Origin: a virus
Lineage: Duplodnaviria; Caudoviricetes
Length of the DNA stretch: 64,000 nucleotides
Direction: 5' to 3' (one strand)
Virus record (IMG/VR): IMGVR_UViG_2531839301_000007
Coordinates: 14,596 to 78,595 of that record
Shown: in pieces, positions 37,890-48,025 of the stretch
How positions within the stretch are numbered: the stretch's first letter is position 1
Layout: each line of letters starts with the position of its first letter
The notes under the pieces: model-generated
What the model saw: only the letters and a program-made list of their open reading frames with translations
The model's database searches: none
Told to the model about the DNA's origin: nothing
Position numbers and translations under genes: made by a program

Positions 37890-39209
37890 ATGAAGATACA
37901 AGGACATATAATAATAAGAAGAAAACCCAAAAACGGAGATAATGGGCAGGACGCGGTTCTCTATGAACTGATGCCAAGTGGACAAATTATCAATTTTTCC
38001 AATGACAATGTGTTTTCTCCAAGTTTTGTCACTTGTTCTATTAAGAAGATACAAGGCAATAATCTTATTATGCTTACTACTGCATCCGCATTATCTACCG
38101 AAGGACTTCGATTAAGTTATGCTATGGATGATGGTTCTGATGGTGACACAGTTATCAATCCTACCACTAAAGTATATCCGAATGATAAAATATCATATAT
38201 AAATTTTACTCTTAAAAAGAATGAAGCAATAATAGATAAGAAGACTATTCAAATATGCAATGATGGTAAAGATGGAGAGAAGGGAGAAGACGGATTACAG
38301 GGGTGCATCCTTCGGCAATCTGAATGGGCATCTGGCGTAGAGTATCGCAATGACGAGGCTCTTATTTCCGGTACTCGGTACTTGGATATTGCCATTGTAA
38401 CAACTGGTGCTAATACTTTCAACGCTTATAAATGCTTGAAGACACATGTTTCCAGTTCTTCTATTCCGGTTACTAACACAACATATTGGCAGAAGTTTAA
38501 TACTCTTCAGCCTGTTTATACTCCATTAATTATGGCTCAAAATGCTATTCTTCGGTTTATGCAGGGGAATCAGCTTTTGATTATGAAGCCTGATGGAAAA
38601 ACTATTGTAGCAGGACTCGTTGGTGGAGACATACCATTTTGGGTCGGAGGGGAAACGCCTAATAATGCTTCTGTGTATTTCGGAATGGCGGGTAACGGGC
38701 AGTTAGCGCATGGAAATATCAGTTGGAATGAAGCTGGTGATTTGACTTGTGAAAGAGGTATTTTTAAAGTGGGTATAAAAAAAATATATCGTAAAGTTAG
38801 TTTAGATAAATATACTTCAGAATCTTTCAAAGCAGACCTTACAACTGGGTTGAATTTTGTTTTTACCAAAAATACAGGAAACGATACACATTATATGACT
38901 TTGCCAACTTCCACTGATTTAGATGGATTCGATTCTGAAATGATATTTTATGGTAATCCGGGAGCAGTAATGATTAGTGGAGAAAATGGTACATATCCTT
39001 TTATGTACAATGGCATGAGAGTAAAACAAATTAAAATAGGCTCTTTTCCTCGGCGTTTGCATTTAAGTGCGAGAATAAGTAATGATATTGGAGGGTCTAA
39101 TAGGATTGAATGGTGGATTGTAAATACTTCAGATTTTACTTTACAAGGAAAAATTTCAAGTAGTGGGTATTATAATTATGTAGAATCACAATATTACAAT
39201 TCATTGTAA
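37890..39209 (+). CDS. Tail fiber-like protein
   Basis: 439 aa; short collagen-like GKDGEKGEDG; precedes lysis genes. Confidence 0.6.
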   Translation: MKIQGHIIIRRKPKNGDNGQDAVLYELMPSGQIINFSNDNVFSPSFVTCSIKKIQGNNLIMLTTASALSTEGLRLSYAMDDGSDGDTVINPTTKVYPNDKISYINFTLKKNEAIIDKKTIQICNDGKDGEKGEDGLQGCILRQSEWASGVEYRNDEALISGTRYLDIAIVTTGANTFNAYKCLKTHVSSSSIPVTNTTYWQKFNTLQPVYTPLIMAQNAILRFMQGNQLLIMKPDGKTIVAGLVGGDIPFWVGGETPNNASVYFGMAGNGQLAHGNISWNEAGDLTCERGIFKVGIKKIYRKVSLDKYTSESFKADLTTGLNFVFTKNTGNDTHYMTLPTSTDLDGFDSEMIFYGNPGAVMISGENGTYPFMYNGMRVKQIKIGSFPRRLHLSARISNDIGGSNRIEWWIVNTSDFTLQGKISSSGYYNYVESQYYNSL

Positions 39210-39238
39210 ATAATATTATACACAAACACAGGATAACA

Positions 39239-39724
39239 ATGAAAGAATTGAATGAATTATTTGTAATTGCATGGATGCTATTTGGCATCTACATGCTTGT
39301 ATTATTGCTGATCGGGGCAGATTTATGGAGTGGATACAGAAAAGCTAAACAAAGAGGTGAAGCAAGAACGAGTTATATGCTTAGAAAAACCGTTGATAAA
39401 ATCGCACGGTACTATAACGCATTATTGGCTTTGACCTTCGTTGATTGTATGCAGATGGGGGGAATTTGGTTTTTGGACAACTATTATGATTGGCATATCC
39501 CGATTTTCCCGTTAGTAACATTGTTGGGTGCAATCGCTTTCGGTGCCATAGAAGTCAAAAGCATTTATGAAAAGGCAGAAGATAAAATGAAGGACGACTA
39601 TCGACAAGTAGCCATACTTGCTGCTGAAATAGCAAAGCATAAAAACGAGCCTGACAAGATGATACATGCAGTTGATGATTTTATGAATAAAAATAACAAA
39701 GGAAATAAGGAGGAACAGAAATGA
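39239..39724 (+). CDS. Holin
   Basis: Three hydrophobic helices; DLWSGYRKAK..G..RTS..LRKTVDK pattern. Confidence 0.8.
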   Translation: MKELNELFVIAWMLFGIYMLVLLLIGADLWSGYRKAKQRGEARTSYMLRKTVDKIARYYNALLALTFVDCMQMGGIWFLDNYYDWHIPIFPLVTLLGAIAFGAIEVKSIYEKAEDKMKDDYRQVAILAAEIAKHKNEPDKMIHAVDDFMNKNNKGNKEEQK

Positions 39725-40137
39725 CACGAGGACTACGAAATAACAATCCATTGAATATTAGGAAGAATAGCACAAAATGGCAGGGCTTATCTGCAACACA
39801 AACAGATAAGAGCTTCTTTCAATTCACGTCTATGGCATACGGATACCGGGCTGCTTTTAAGACTCTCCAAACATACATCTTGAACAAGTATGATACTGAT
39901 AAAGATGGAGTGTCAAACGAACTTGAAGATGTCATAATGAGATGGGCACCGCCATGTGAGAATAATACAGAATCGTATATTTCCACAGTAGAACGGCGTT
40001 CAGGGGTATCCCGACATACTGTTTTACGTAGAGACAATAAAGAACAGCTTATTGCGATAGTTTCTGCTATGAGCTATGTTGAGAATGGCGTTCCGGCTAA
40101 TATGGAAGACGTTAGGAAAGGATGGGAATTGATATAA
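39721..40137 (+). CDS. Endolysin-like (lysozyme-fold) protein
   Basis: RGLRNNNPLNIR and RWAPP.EN.T motifs after holin. Confidence 0.75.
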   Translation: MTRGLRNNNPLNIRKNSTKWQGLSATQTDKSFFQFTSMAYGYRAAFKTLQTYILNKYDTDKDGVSNELEDVIMRWAPPCENNTESYISTVERRSGVSRHTVLRRDNKEQLIAIVSAMSYVENGVPANMEDVRKGWELI

Positions 40138-40160
40138 TAACTATCATAAAACAGAACTGT

Positions 40161-40862
40161 ATGATAAGTCTAAATTTTATTCAAGTGGAAGACGGGTGGT
40201 TTGAGAGCCAGCCGATTCAGGTGTCGGGGAACATTGCTATTAACCTGACTTTTGATGATACAAATGACAACCGGGTAGTACTACTGAAAAGTTCTACCGG
40301 GCATAGTTATGTGTCGTTTAAGGAGAATCTTAATGTTGGTTCTTGTTGTGATATGAATGAGAATTATCTAATTCCCGGTCAATATATCAAAGTGCGAGTT
40401 AATAAACTTCCGGCAACATCATCTTTGTTGGAAGACCTACAAGGGAGCTTCGCAAGTAAGCAAGATTTGTTTGTTGAAAGTGGAAGGGCACAGACAGAGG
40501 AATCAAAACTGGAACAGTCTATCAATAGTGTGAAGCAAGCATTAGATACGCTGGTTAAAGGTGTAGATGCGACTACGGCTATTGATACATTTAAGGAGAT
40601 TGAGGATTTCTTGGCAGGAGTAACGAATGAGAAGACCTTAACCGGGATGCTTGCTGCCGTTGATGGAAAGGCTGGCACTGCGCAAACGACTGCCGACTCT
40701 GCAAAGAAAACGGCGTCTTCTGCTTTGGCAAAAGCAACTGAAAACGGAACAAAACTTGCTACTATTCCTGACATGCCAGCCAATGACGGGAAAATATATG
40801 GATTCTGTAATGGTGCATGGATAGTGATAGCTGAAAGTGGTAAATCTGTATATACAACATAA
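40161..40862 (+). CDS. Phage hypothetical protein with coiled-coil
   Basis: AIDTFKEIEDFLAG and MPANDGKIYG tail-appendage-like motifs. Confidence 0.6.
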   Translation: MISLNFIQVEDGWFESQPIQVSGNIAINLTFDDTNDNRVVLLKSSTGHSYVSFKENLNVGSCCDMNENYLIPGQYIKVRVNKLPATSSLLEDLQGSFASKQDLFVESGRAQTEESKLEQSINSVKQALDTLVKGVDATTAIDTFKEIEDFLAGVTNEKTLTGMLAAVDGKAGTAQTTADSAKKTASSALAKATENGTKLATIPDMPANDGKIYGFCNGAWIVIAESGKSVYTT

Positions 40863-40864
40863 CA

Positions 40865-41428
40865 ATGAAAAGCAAATTACCAATAGGAATAGTGATAGCG
40901 GTATTGATTGCCGCTATCATTTGCCTCTCCAATTTATTGAAGAAGGAGCGTATTGAAAGTAAACGTCAGTCCGGGAATGTTGAGGCACTGTTTTCAGAGT
41001 TGAAAACTTATAAGGTGAGGGATAGCCTCAACGTGGCTGAAAGTAAACAGCTTCGCTTGACTATCGAAGAACTGAAGGAGTATCGTGAAGCTGATGCAAA
41101 ATTGATTAAGGAGTTGAAATTAAAGCCATCACAGGTAGAGTATATAGCTCACACGAAAGTGGTAACAAAAGATAGTATTGTCTTTGTGCTGAAAGATAGC
41201 TGCTTCAATTATGCGGATAGGTGGGCGGAGTTTAACGGTTGCATCAGGTCTGATACAGTAGATTTTAACTATCAGACATCAGATAGTCTTTCTACCGTAG
41301 TGAATCGGGAATATAAACATCATTTCTTATGGTTCCGGTGGGGTACAAAGGGGTATCGGATGAAAATAGTGAACCATAATCCACGATCACGGATAACATA
41401 CAATGAATTTATAAAGATTGAGAAGTAG
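40865..41428 (+). CDS. Spanin-like membrane-anchored coiled-coil protein
   Basis: N-terminal TM helix, coiled coil, end of lysis cassette. Confidence 0.6.
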   Translation: MKSKLPIGIVIAVLIAAIICLSNLLKKERIESKRQSGNVEALFSELKTYKVRDSLNVAESKQLRLTIEELKEYREADAKLIKELKLKPSQVEYIAHTKVVTKDSIVFVLKDSCFNYADRWAEFNGCIRSDTVDFNYQTSDSLSTVVNREYKHHFLWFRWGTKGYRMKIVNHNPRSRITYNEFIKIEK

Positions 41429-41429
41429 C

Positions 41430-41454
41430 GGGTGGTAATAGTAACCACCCTTTT
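41430..41454. terminator. Bidirectional terminator between late and early arms
   Basis: GGGTGGT-AATAGTA-ACCACCC-TTTT. Confidence 0.7.
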
Positions 41455-41460
41455 ACTTTT

Positions 41461-41853
41461 TTAGAAAGGCAAATCATCCTTATTGTCGTTATCGAACATT
41501 TGCTGTTGTGTCGGTTGTGGGGGAGTCGGTTGTTGAGGCGGTGCCGTAGCGTAATTTGGCTGACTGGGTGCCGTTTGCTGACCCGGATTGCGAACAATGA
41601 CTTTCCAACATGTGATTGAGTTATACCACTTACCATTCCATTCAGTCGCATTAATATCAATGTGAATGTCTACTTCTTGACCGACTGTTAATCCAAAATT
41701 CATAATGTTATCGTTCATAACAGAGAAAGCTATCTTTTTAGGATATTGCTCTTTTGTCTCGATAACATAATCTTGGCGCGACCACTCTTTCCCGGCTTTA
41801 GAAACTCCGCCTTGCGCTGGAAGTGCTACAATTATTTTCCCGCTAATTTCCAT
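41461..41853 (-). CDS. DUF3127 SSB-like protein
   Basis: MEISGKII..LP..GGVSK.GKEW; P/Q linker; acidic DDLPF tail. Confidence 0.85.
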   Translation of the reverse strand: MEISGKIIVALPAQGGVSKAGKEWSRQDYVIETKEQYPKKIAFSVMNDNIMNFGLTVGQEVDIHIDINATEWNGKWYNSITCWKVIVRNPGQQTAPSQPNYATAPPQQPTPPQPTQQQMFDNDNKDDLPF

Positions 41854-41871
41854 TATAATATGTTTTTTAAG

Positions 41872-42516
41872 TTACACAGCCGGATTCAATTTGTCTGACG
41901 TGCTGATTGCCCGGCTGATTATGTTACAATCCGTCAGTTTTCTTTGTATGATTTGCATTGCCATTTTGCAATTAGAACTTTCGTTCAAGTTGATGTATTC
42001 TTTGCTTTGATAGAGAATATTTGATAATCCATCAACATAGCTGAAAAGTGCTGTAAGGCGAAGATAAGTAAGCCTTTTCACATCTTGATTATATGGAGTT
42101 GCTTCTTCTATTCGTTTATCAAGCGACAAACAAGATAACTCGCACATGCACCGGGTCAATTCCATTTTTGCAAGGAGAGCACTATCTTTGAGTTTATGTT
42201 TGTCAAACTCTGATTTGATGCTGTATTCCATTTTCAGTAAATCAGGCTGTAACTCTTCAGAAATAACTTCGTTAGCGTCCGCCATGAAGAAGATGCGTTT
42301 CCCGGAAATCTCGGCAATGCGCTTTTCATATTTCCGCATTTCATTCTCTATGCGTTTGGCTTGTTGTTTCACATTGAAACGGTAATATGGTGATTTCTTC
42401 AGTTGGCTTATGAAATCTACCACAAGTCCACAAACAACATCATTAGTAAATAGTATATTGTAAACGGCAGTAAGTGTGACATTCTCCGCTATATCCCGGC
42501 TTATTTGTTTTTCCAT
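41872..42516 (-). CDS. Phage hypothetical protein
   Basis: 214-aa ORF. Confidence 0.65.
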   Translation of the reverse strand: MEKQISRDIAENVTLTAVYNILFTNDVVCGLVVDFISQLKKSPYYRFNVKQQAKRIENEMRKYEKRIAEISGKRIFFMADANEVISEELQPDLLKMEYSIKSEFDKHKLKDSALLAKMELTRCMCELSCLSLDKRIEEATPYNQDVKRLTYLRLTALFSYVDGLSNILYQSKEYINLNESSNCKMAMQIIQRKLTDCNIISRAISTSDKLNPAV

Positions 42517-42604
42517 ACGTTCATTAAATCTTTGATTATTACTTTAAGGATACAAATAAGGGCAACCATTTCGATTGCCCTTATAATCCATTGTATTATA
42601 CTCA

Positions 42605-42898
42605 TTAATCATTCCTTATTTGATTAAAGTCCATTTTTGCTTTTATCAGAGCATCTATATCACTTCCGAAATGATTAAGAGTGCTCATGGCTACAAGTAT
42701 TACGTCTGCCAATTCCTCTTCAAAATCAGAGAAGTGCTCAATGTGCGAGCTTTTCTTCCCTTCAGCATTGAACACTTCTGCAACTTCATTCAGTAAATCA
42801 CGGTGGAAATTATTTTCTTCGTCTATAAGACTTATCTTTCCACGGCGAACGGCGCAATCATGCGCTTTCTTAGCAATTTCATTTAGATTTTCAACCAT
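42605..42898 (-). CDS. MazG-like nucleotide pyrophosphohydrolase
   Basis: NEVAEV...EEELADVI motif. Confidence 0.8.
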   Translation of the reverse strand: MVENLNEIAKKAHDCAVRRGKISLIDEENNFHRDLLNEVAEVFNAEGKKSSHIEHFSDFEEELADVILVAMSTLNHFGSDIDALIKAKMDFNQIRND

Positions 42899-43001
42899 GA
42901 TTTACTACAATTCCTAAGCTGAACATCGAAATTAATATCTACTTTAAAAGTTATTCTATCCATATTACATATTAATATTATTATCCATAAGTTTATTTAT
43001 T

Positions 43002-43271
43002 TTATTTTCTAAAAAACATATCTCCCGAAATGGATCGGGCTGTATCATCACCGGTAAGACGAATATACCTGAAGAAGTTTTGTTCTGTCCGGTGCCCGGT
43101 GAATTGACCTACAGTTTCGGGAATGACTACATAGGGAACATTTCGGCTTGTCTCCGATAATGACTGCCTGTCTTCTACAATGTAAGTATTACCACACTCA
43201 TGATAATAGTACCCGGTAATCCATTTCCCATTATCGGCAGACTTCCCTCTGAATTTTATTGTACGATTCAT
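43002..43271 (-). pseudogene. Truncated YopX-like gene fused to an integrase C-terminal fragment
   Basis: IKFRGKS..GKW..G ...ETVGQFTG then HRTEQNFFRYIRLT. Confidence 0.65.
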
Positions 43272-43272
43272 T

Positions 43273-43470
43273 TTAATTCTCATCTAAATTTATCAAATCC
43301 ATTTTACTGACAGCCTTTAAGACTCTTAGGATATCCTCCTGAAAGTCTATAACCTGTTGGTTACGCACTCTCTTTTTCAACTCTATCAGGGATAGTTCCT
43401 GTATTCTTATCAAAGATGAAATATCGTTCACCAACTCAATTGTAATTTCTTTTTTCTTAGATTGTTTCAT
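43273..43470 (-). CDS. Phage hypothetical protein
   Basis: 65 aa coupled ORF. Confidence 0.5.
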   Translation of the reverse strand: MKQSKKKEITIELVNDISSLIRIQELSLIELKKRVRNQQVIDFQEDILRVLKAVSKMDLINLDEN

Positions 43471-43472
43471 AA

Positions 43473-43910
43473 TTATTCCTTTCCTTTAAAGTGTTCGATT
43501 AGCTCTTCTACGGTAGCCTTGTGATAATTTCCCATGTTAGTATCTTTAGGTATAGAATCAAAAGCTAATGTTCTATATACAGTATTACATGGTGAACAAC
43601 ATTCTGTTTTTGGATGATATGCCCATTCTTCTCCATTGGTGAACCATTGATTTTCGTTTGTATCATCCCTGAGTGAAGCGATAGCCAAGAAAAGTTCTTC
43701 GTTAGTTCCGCAATCAATATCATTAGTTTTACGAATATCTTCATTGTCGAGCCATTCAGGGTGTATAGAATGATAAAAATTAAGATAGGCAGCTGTACAC
43801 AAACAAGACCTATCACGTCTTAATGAAGAACAGTTATATCCCAACTCCTCCAACTTCTTCCGAAGCTCCGGTGTGTTGCGTCTAATAAACGCTGCTGTTG
43901 TAAATCCCAT
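43473..43910 (-). CDS. Phage hypothetical protein
   Basis: MGFTTAAFIRRNTPELRKKLEELGY; coupled ORF. Confidence 0.65.
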   Translation of the reverse strand: MGFTTAAFIRRNTPELRKKLEELGYNCSSLRRDRSCLCTAAYLNFYHSIHPEWLDNEDIRKTNDIDCGTNEELFLAIASLRDDTNENQWFTNGEEWAYHPKTECCSPCNTVYRTLAFDSIPKDTNMGNYHKATVEELIEHFKGKE

Positions 43911-43912
43911 AG

Positions 43913-44104
43913 TTAGTCCTCCTTTCTGTATCTTTTAATGACAGCACTTTTGTTGAAAATAAATAGTTTTATCAAAGCTATAATTAGCTTTAATAGCTCT
44001 AATTTGCCGACAATGATGACGTTAATATCATAGATAATATTATACCAATTTCGATATGGCTTAAGACACCTGAAAACAGTAGTCACATTTGTTATTTTCT
44101 TCAT
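43913..44104 (-). CDS. Small hypothetical protein
   Basis: 63 aa coupled ORF. Confidence 0.4.
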   Translation of the reverse strand: MKKITNVTTVFRCLKPYRNWYNIIYDINVIIVGKLELLKLIIALIKLFIFNKSAVIKRYRKED

Positions 44105-44126
44105 TTCTTTATTGTTTTGAGCCTAA

Positions 44127-44921
44127 TTAGGCTACATCGTTAATACTAATTTCTCCTTTCAAAACTCGTTCTACCTGCCTGTCGATTATCTCTTGAAACT
44201 CTATCTGGCAGATAAGAGAGCAATCCGGTATAATTTCTTCCACTGGGTCACCTCGCCACGTTGGTAGTTCATCAAGGAAGATTCGCCCGTCTTTATCTTT
44301 TAGGCATGTTGCACCTACATCACGTTCAATCTGTGCCATTTGAGCAAATACCTCCGGGAAGTCTTTCCGGATTTTGTTCCAGTAGCCCATGCCACCTTTC
44401 ACACAGCCGATGCAGTTGTTGTTATTGTATCCCATCCTGTACATGGCGGGGATTTCAATACCGGCTTTCCAAAGCATACCCATAGCATCCGACTTTGTAA
44501 TCTGCTTTTCAATGAGCGGAAACAGTGGCTTTGTGTCTGGATACTGCTGTTTCAAGCGGATAGCCCGGTTAATCTCTTTTGGATCGTAATCGAATCCCCA
44601 AACTTGACCGTCCCAAGAACCAAGTTCCTTTTCTAACTTATACCGAACTTGTTTCTTCAGTTCGAATGTACAAGCTGCACCAGTCGGACCATTGATGTAC
44701 CGTTTTTTAATCAGTACATCTTCTACGTTGAAATACTTATCGCTGCGAATGGTGTGTATTGGCTGATCGTACCATTTTTCACAATCCGCAAGGAATCGGG
44801 CGTTATCAGGATGTCCGGAGCCTGTCTCGATGTAGTAAATCTGCACATCATCGTATAGACTTAATGCTATCTTACAAGCAACTGCGGATGTTGCACCACA
44901 AGAAAACCATGTTATTATCAT
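44127..44921 (-). CDS. PAPS reductase-family (PP-loop) protein
   Basis: WFSCGATSA PP-loop; NNNCIGCVKG; start at 44921 preferred. Confidence 0.8.
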   Translation of the reverse strand: MIITWFSCGATSAVACKIALSLYDDVQIYYIETGSGHPDNARFLADCEKWYDQPIHTIRSDKYFNVEDVLIKKRYINGPTGAACTFELKKQVRYKLEKELGSWDGQVWGFDYDPKEINRAIRLKQQYPDTKPLFPLIEKQITKSDAMGMLWKAGIEIPAMYRMGYNNNNCIGCVKGGMGYWNKIRKDFPEVFAQMAQIERDVGATCLKDKDGRIFLDELPTWRGDPVEEIIPDCSLICQIEFQEIIDRQVERVLKGEISINDVA

Positions 44922-44943
44922 TTGATTACTTTCTTTTTCGTTA

Positions 44944-45225
44944 TTAGTTATTCTTTGAAATCCAGTTATCAGTATCACAGTGGAAGCAATATCCGCTTTT
45001 AGGATGTTCCGCACCGTCTTTAGCTCCACAAGTTCCGCAATAATACTCCTTATCATATTCCGGAGAAAGACCTTTATTCCGTTCTTTGATTACTGCTTTT
45101 CTTTCTTCAAGCATCATCATTTTATCGGGATTACGGCTCAAATAAAACTTTCTGACTTTATGTATTTGCTTTTCAAACAGTTCGTCAGATTCTGCAATTT
45201 GTTTGGCTGTATATTTCATATCCAT
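44944..45225 (-). CDS. Hypothetical zinc-finger protein
   Basis: CGTCG...CFHCD. Confidence 0.55.
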   Translation of the reverse strand: MDMKYTAKQIAESDELFEKQIHKVRKFYLSRNPDKMMMLEERKAVIKERNKGLSPEYDKEYYCGTCGAKDGAEHPKSGYCFHCDTDNWISKNN

Positions 45226-45229
45226 TTTG

Positions 45230-45448
45230 TTATTCGTTATCTAATCCTATGCAAAACTCCTCTCTCGTCTCGTTCCCATAATTGGTATGTAGGGCATTGA
45301 GTGCATTCGTGATTTTGTCCGCTTCATCTGCATATACTTCACAATCCCACCTAATTGTAGTTTTAGATGGTAACTTTATTACAGCAAGAAGTGTATCTAA
45401 ATTGTCAACTGCTTCTTGAATCTTATCTAAGCATTCCTTTCGTGTCAT
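45230..45448 (-). CDS. Phage hypothetical protein
   Basis: 72 aa coupled ORF. Confidence 0.5.
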   Translation of the reverse strand: MTRKECLDKIQEAVDNLDTLLAVIKLPSKTTIRWDCEVYADEADKITNALNALHTNYGNETREEFCIGLDNE

Positions 45449-45468
45449 AAATGTTCCTTTCTATCTTG

Positions 45469-45873
45469 TTATACGTTAAACACTTTCTTAGCCATATCAA
45501 TGACCTTATCAAACTCTCGATTAAATTCATCTATGCTAATTCTTTCACCAAGAGAATGAACGAATTTAGAATAATGCGGGTCAATGCTAATAATGCCATC
45601 CTTGCATACTTGAAATTTTAAAGTTTCACATCTAGCTAGTACATTGTCATTTTTTAAACCACCGATGTACAAATCATTAGGAGTTAGAGAAGTAATTTTA
45701 AAATAAGTGTACCAGTAGTCTGATTCTTTCTCTGGGCAGCTATACGAATTTCTGTACTTATAACATGTTCCGATTAATTCCTTAAATTTAGGATATTCAG
45801 CATTTATCATTGCCTGCCGTTCCTGTTCTTCGATATCGGCTAATGCTTTCATTAGTTCTTCTTTCTTGCTCAT
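45469..45873 (-). CDS. Phage hypothetical protein
   Basis: 134 aa. Confidence 0.6.
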   Translation of the reverse strand: MSKKEELMKALADIEEQERQAMINAEYPKFKELIGTCYKYRNSYSCPEKESDYWYTYFKITSLTPNDLYIGGLKNDNVLARCETLKFQVCKDGIISIDPHYSKFVHSLGERISIDEFNREFDKVIDMAKKVFNV

Positions 45874-45921
45874 ATCTTTCTTGTTTTATGCAAATCCTTC
45901 AAGAACTTGCAAGGTTTTACT

Positions 45922-46404
45922 CTAATTGATTCGTACATACTTACCTGCGATATCGCAAGTTCTTAATATCTCTGCATTATTTTCTCCAAAGGCTATTAGG
46001 ATACTGCCGCAACCGGGCGAATCTCCACGAGTCCCATCAGGTCGGAAGAACCTAATCCGGTTACGCAAAAACTTCATCGCTGTTGCCTTCTCGAATATTA
46101 TGTCTTGAAACATCTTTGAATCACAACGATTAAAGAGTAATGCAATTCCGTTTCCATGCTCCGCCATCCGTTTTATAAACTGTTCAATAAGCGGACGGGA
46201 ATAAGGAGGATTAAGCCATACTCTGCCAAACCATTCTTTTGATAAGCCATCATCATTCTTGTTATACATTCGTGTAGCTGTTTGCCAAAGCGGTTTAACC
46301 GGAGCGCATGGATCTAAATCAAACTTTCCCAATGCGTCTATTATTTCCTTCGGAGTGTACCATTCGTCAGTAGCACAAGCCGAACGTTCAAATCTTGTAT
46401 TCAT
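45922..46404 (-). CDS. Phage N6-adenine DNA methyltransferase
   Basis: DEWYTP, FDLDPCA, WLNPPY. Confidence 0.9.
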   Translation of the reverse strand: MNTRFERSACATDEWYTPKEIIDALGKFDLDPCAPVKPLWQTATRMYNKNDDGLSKEWFGRVWLNPPYSRPLIEQFIKRMAEHGNGIALLFNRCDSKMFQDIIFEKATAMKFLRNRIRFFRPDGTRGDSPGCGSILIAFGENNAEILRTCDIAGKYVRIN

Positions 46405-47507
46405 TATTCTTTTGTTGTTTGCAATTTAGACAACCAATATTCCCAAATCCGTTGTGCTATTTGAGCCATCATTACAGGAGGAACAGACATTCCCATGATA
46501 TATCCGGGATTCATCTGTAGAAAGTTGTAATCTGACGGAAAGCTGCTTATTAGCAGCCATTCTCTTTTGGAAAGTAATCGCTTTTCATCAAATATAACAT
46601 AGCACGCGTTATCGACATGTGCAGCAAGAGTTCCACAAACTTCATCTTTGTATAGATACATATAACTGAATGCCTTTCTTTTTCCTGTAACTCTTTGATA
46701 AGTTTCTCCCATACATTTCTCACCAAACTTCTTTAAATCCCATCCTTCGCTTACAATACGTGTCATTGATTTCATGGGGATGTCCTTCGGTTTATATATT
46801 TCTTTAAAGGGAGTTTTGGGTTCGTCAAAATCCAATTTTATATATGGCTCAACATTAAATAAGTCTGAAACCTTTAAGAAATTGATACCTAAATCATGTC
46901 TGATACAAATAAAAAACACTCTTTCTCTTGATTGAGGTACGCCCATATTTTCGGAATTAAGCAAAAAGTGTTGGCAGTAATATCCTGCTTTATCAAACTC
47001 TTTATATATCTTTATTACATAGTTAATTGCTGTTCCAATCAATAATCCTTTCACGTTTTCAGCTACAACAACTTTAGGCTTTAATTCTTTTGTTAAGTCT
47101 ATAAAATCAAAGAACAAAGTATCAAGAATCTGCTTGGATTGACCTTCACGGAATTTCTTTTCTTTTCTCCAATCGCTTTCCCTATTGCCAGCTATGGAAA
47201 ATGTGGAACATGGAGGACTGCCATCTAAAATATTCAGATTGTATAACTCATGCGGCAATGCCTTCTCTTTGGCTTTTGTGACAAGTTTTCGTATATCACA
47301 ATTGAAGTTCAGTCTTGGATGATGGTTTTCAACATAGACTTCATTAATTTTAGGGTCTATTTCGTTGCAACCAATAACATCAAATCCTGCAAGTTTATAC
47401 CCCATCGTACTACCACCTCCACATGCGAAGCAGGAGAAAACAGTTCCTTTATCTTTTGTGAAAATACTATTCTTTAAAGTCCAATTAAATGGGAATTTAC
47501 ATTTCAT
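46404..47507 (-). CDS. C5-cytosine DNA methyltransferase
   Basis: FACGGG, GSPPC, ENV, QSRERVF, GMSVPP. Confidence 0.92.
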   Translation of the reverse strand: MKCKFPFNWTLKNSIFTKDKGTVFSCFACGGGSTMGYKLAGFDVIGCNEIDPKINEVYVENHHPRLNFNCDIRKLVTKAKEKALPHELYNLNILDGSPPCSTFSIAGNRESDWRKEKKFREGQSKQILDTLFFDFIDLTKELKPKVVVAENVKGLLIGTAINYVIKIYKEFDKAGYYCQHFLLNSENMGVPQSRERVFFICIRHDLGINFLKVSDLFNVEPYIKLDFDEPKTPFKEIYKPKDIPMKSMTRIVSEGWDLKKFGEKCMGETYQRVTGKRKAFSYMYLYKDEVCGTLAAHVDNACYVIFDEKRLLSKREWLLISSFPSDYNFLQMNPGYIMGMSVPPVMMAQIAQRIWEYWLSKLQTTKE

Positions 47508-47509
47508 GT

Positions 47510-48025
47510 TTATATTGTTATAGAGTTAGACGTTTGTAGATAATTAATCCTTCGTAGTTTATGGAAACGATAATATGCCGAAAGATTAAGTTTATCAATG
47601 AATTTGTTGTCAGCTTTGGTAGAGGACACCTTTTGAGCGGCTTTAGCTACATGGAAATAAATAATAGGTTCCGTATATCCATCTGCCCGGCGTGTTCCAT
47701 TGATAGCATAAATAAGTCCGGCAAATTCAGGAACTTCTTCTGGCTTCACAAGTCCATCAGGAACTATGTAATAGAAGTAGTTGGTACGTCCACCAGCCAA
47801 AATGTTATCAAATTTGCTGTCCCCATTTTGATCTTGCTTCTTACTATCTTTGTGGAAATCACACCTACTGACTTTTACTTCATATTCATAAGTGAGCCGT
47901 GACCGGGTAACTTCTAAAAGGTCGGCTTCCCATTTTTCAACGAAAACATTTGGGTATATTTTGTTTCCCTTTCTATCCCGGAAGACAAGCTCACAGAATC
48001 CATTAATAATATCGGCTGTTTTCAT
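47510..48025 (-). CDS. MmcB-like PD-(D/E)XK nuclease
   Basis: EADLL...YEVKVSRCDF...YFYYIVP. Confidence 0.75.
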   Translation of the reverse strand: MKTADIINGFCELVFRDRKGNKIYPNVFVEKWEADLLEVTRSRLTYEYEVKVSRCDFHKDSKKQDQNGDSKFDNILAGGRTNYFYYIVPDGLVKPEEVPEFAGLIYAINGTRRADGYTEPIIYFHVAKAAQKVSSTKADNKFIDKLNLSAYYRFHKLRRINYLQTSNSITI

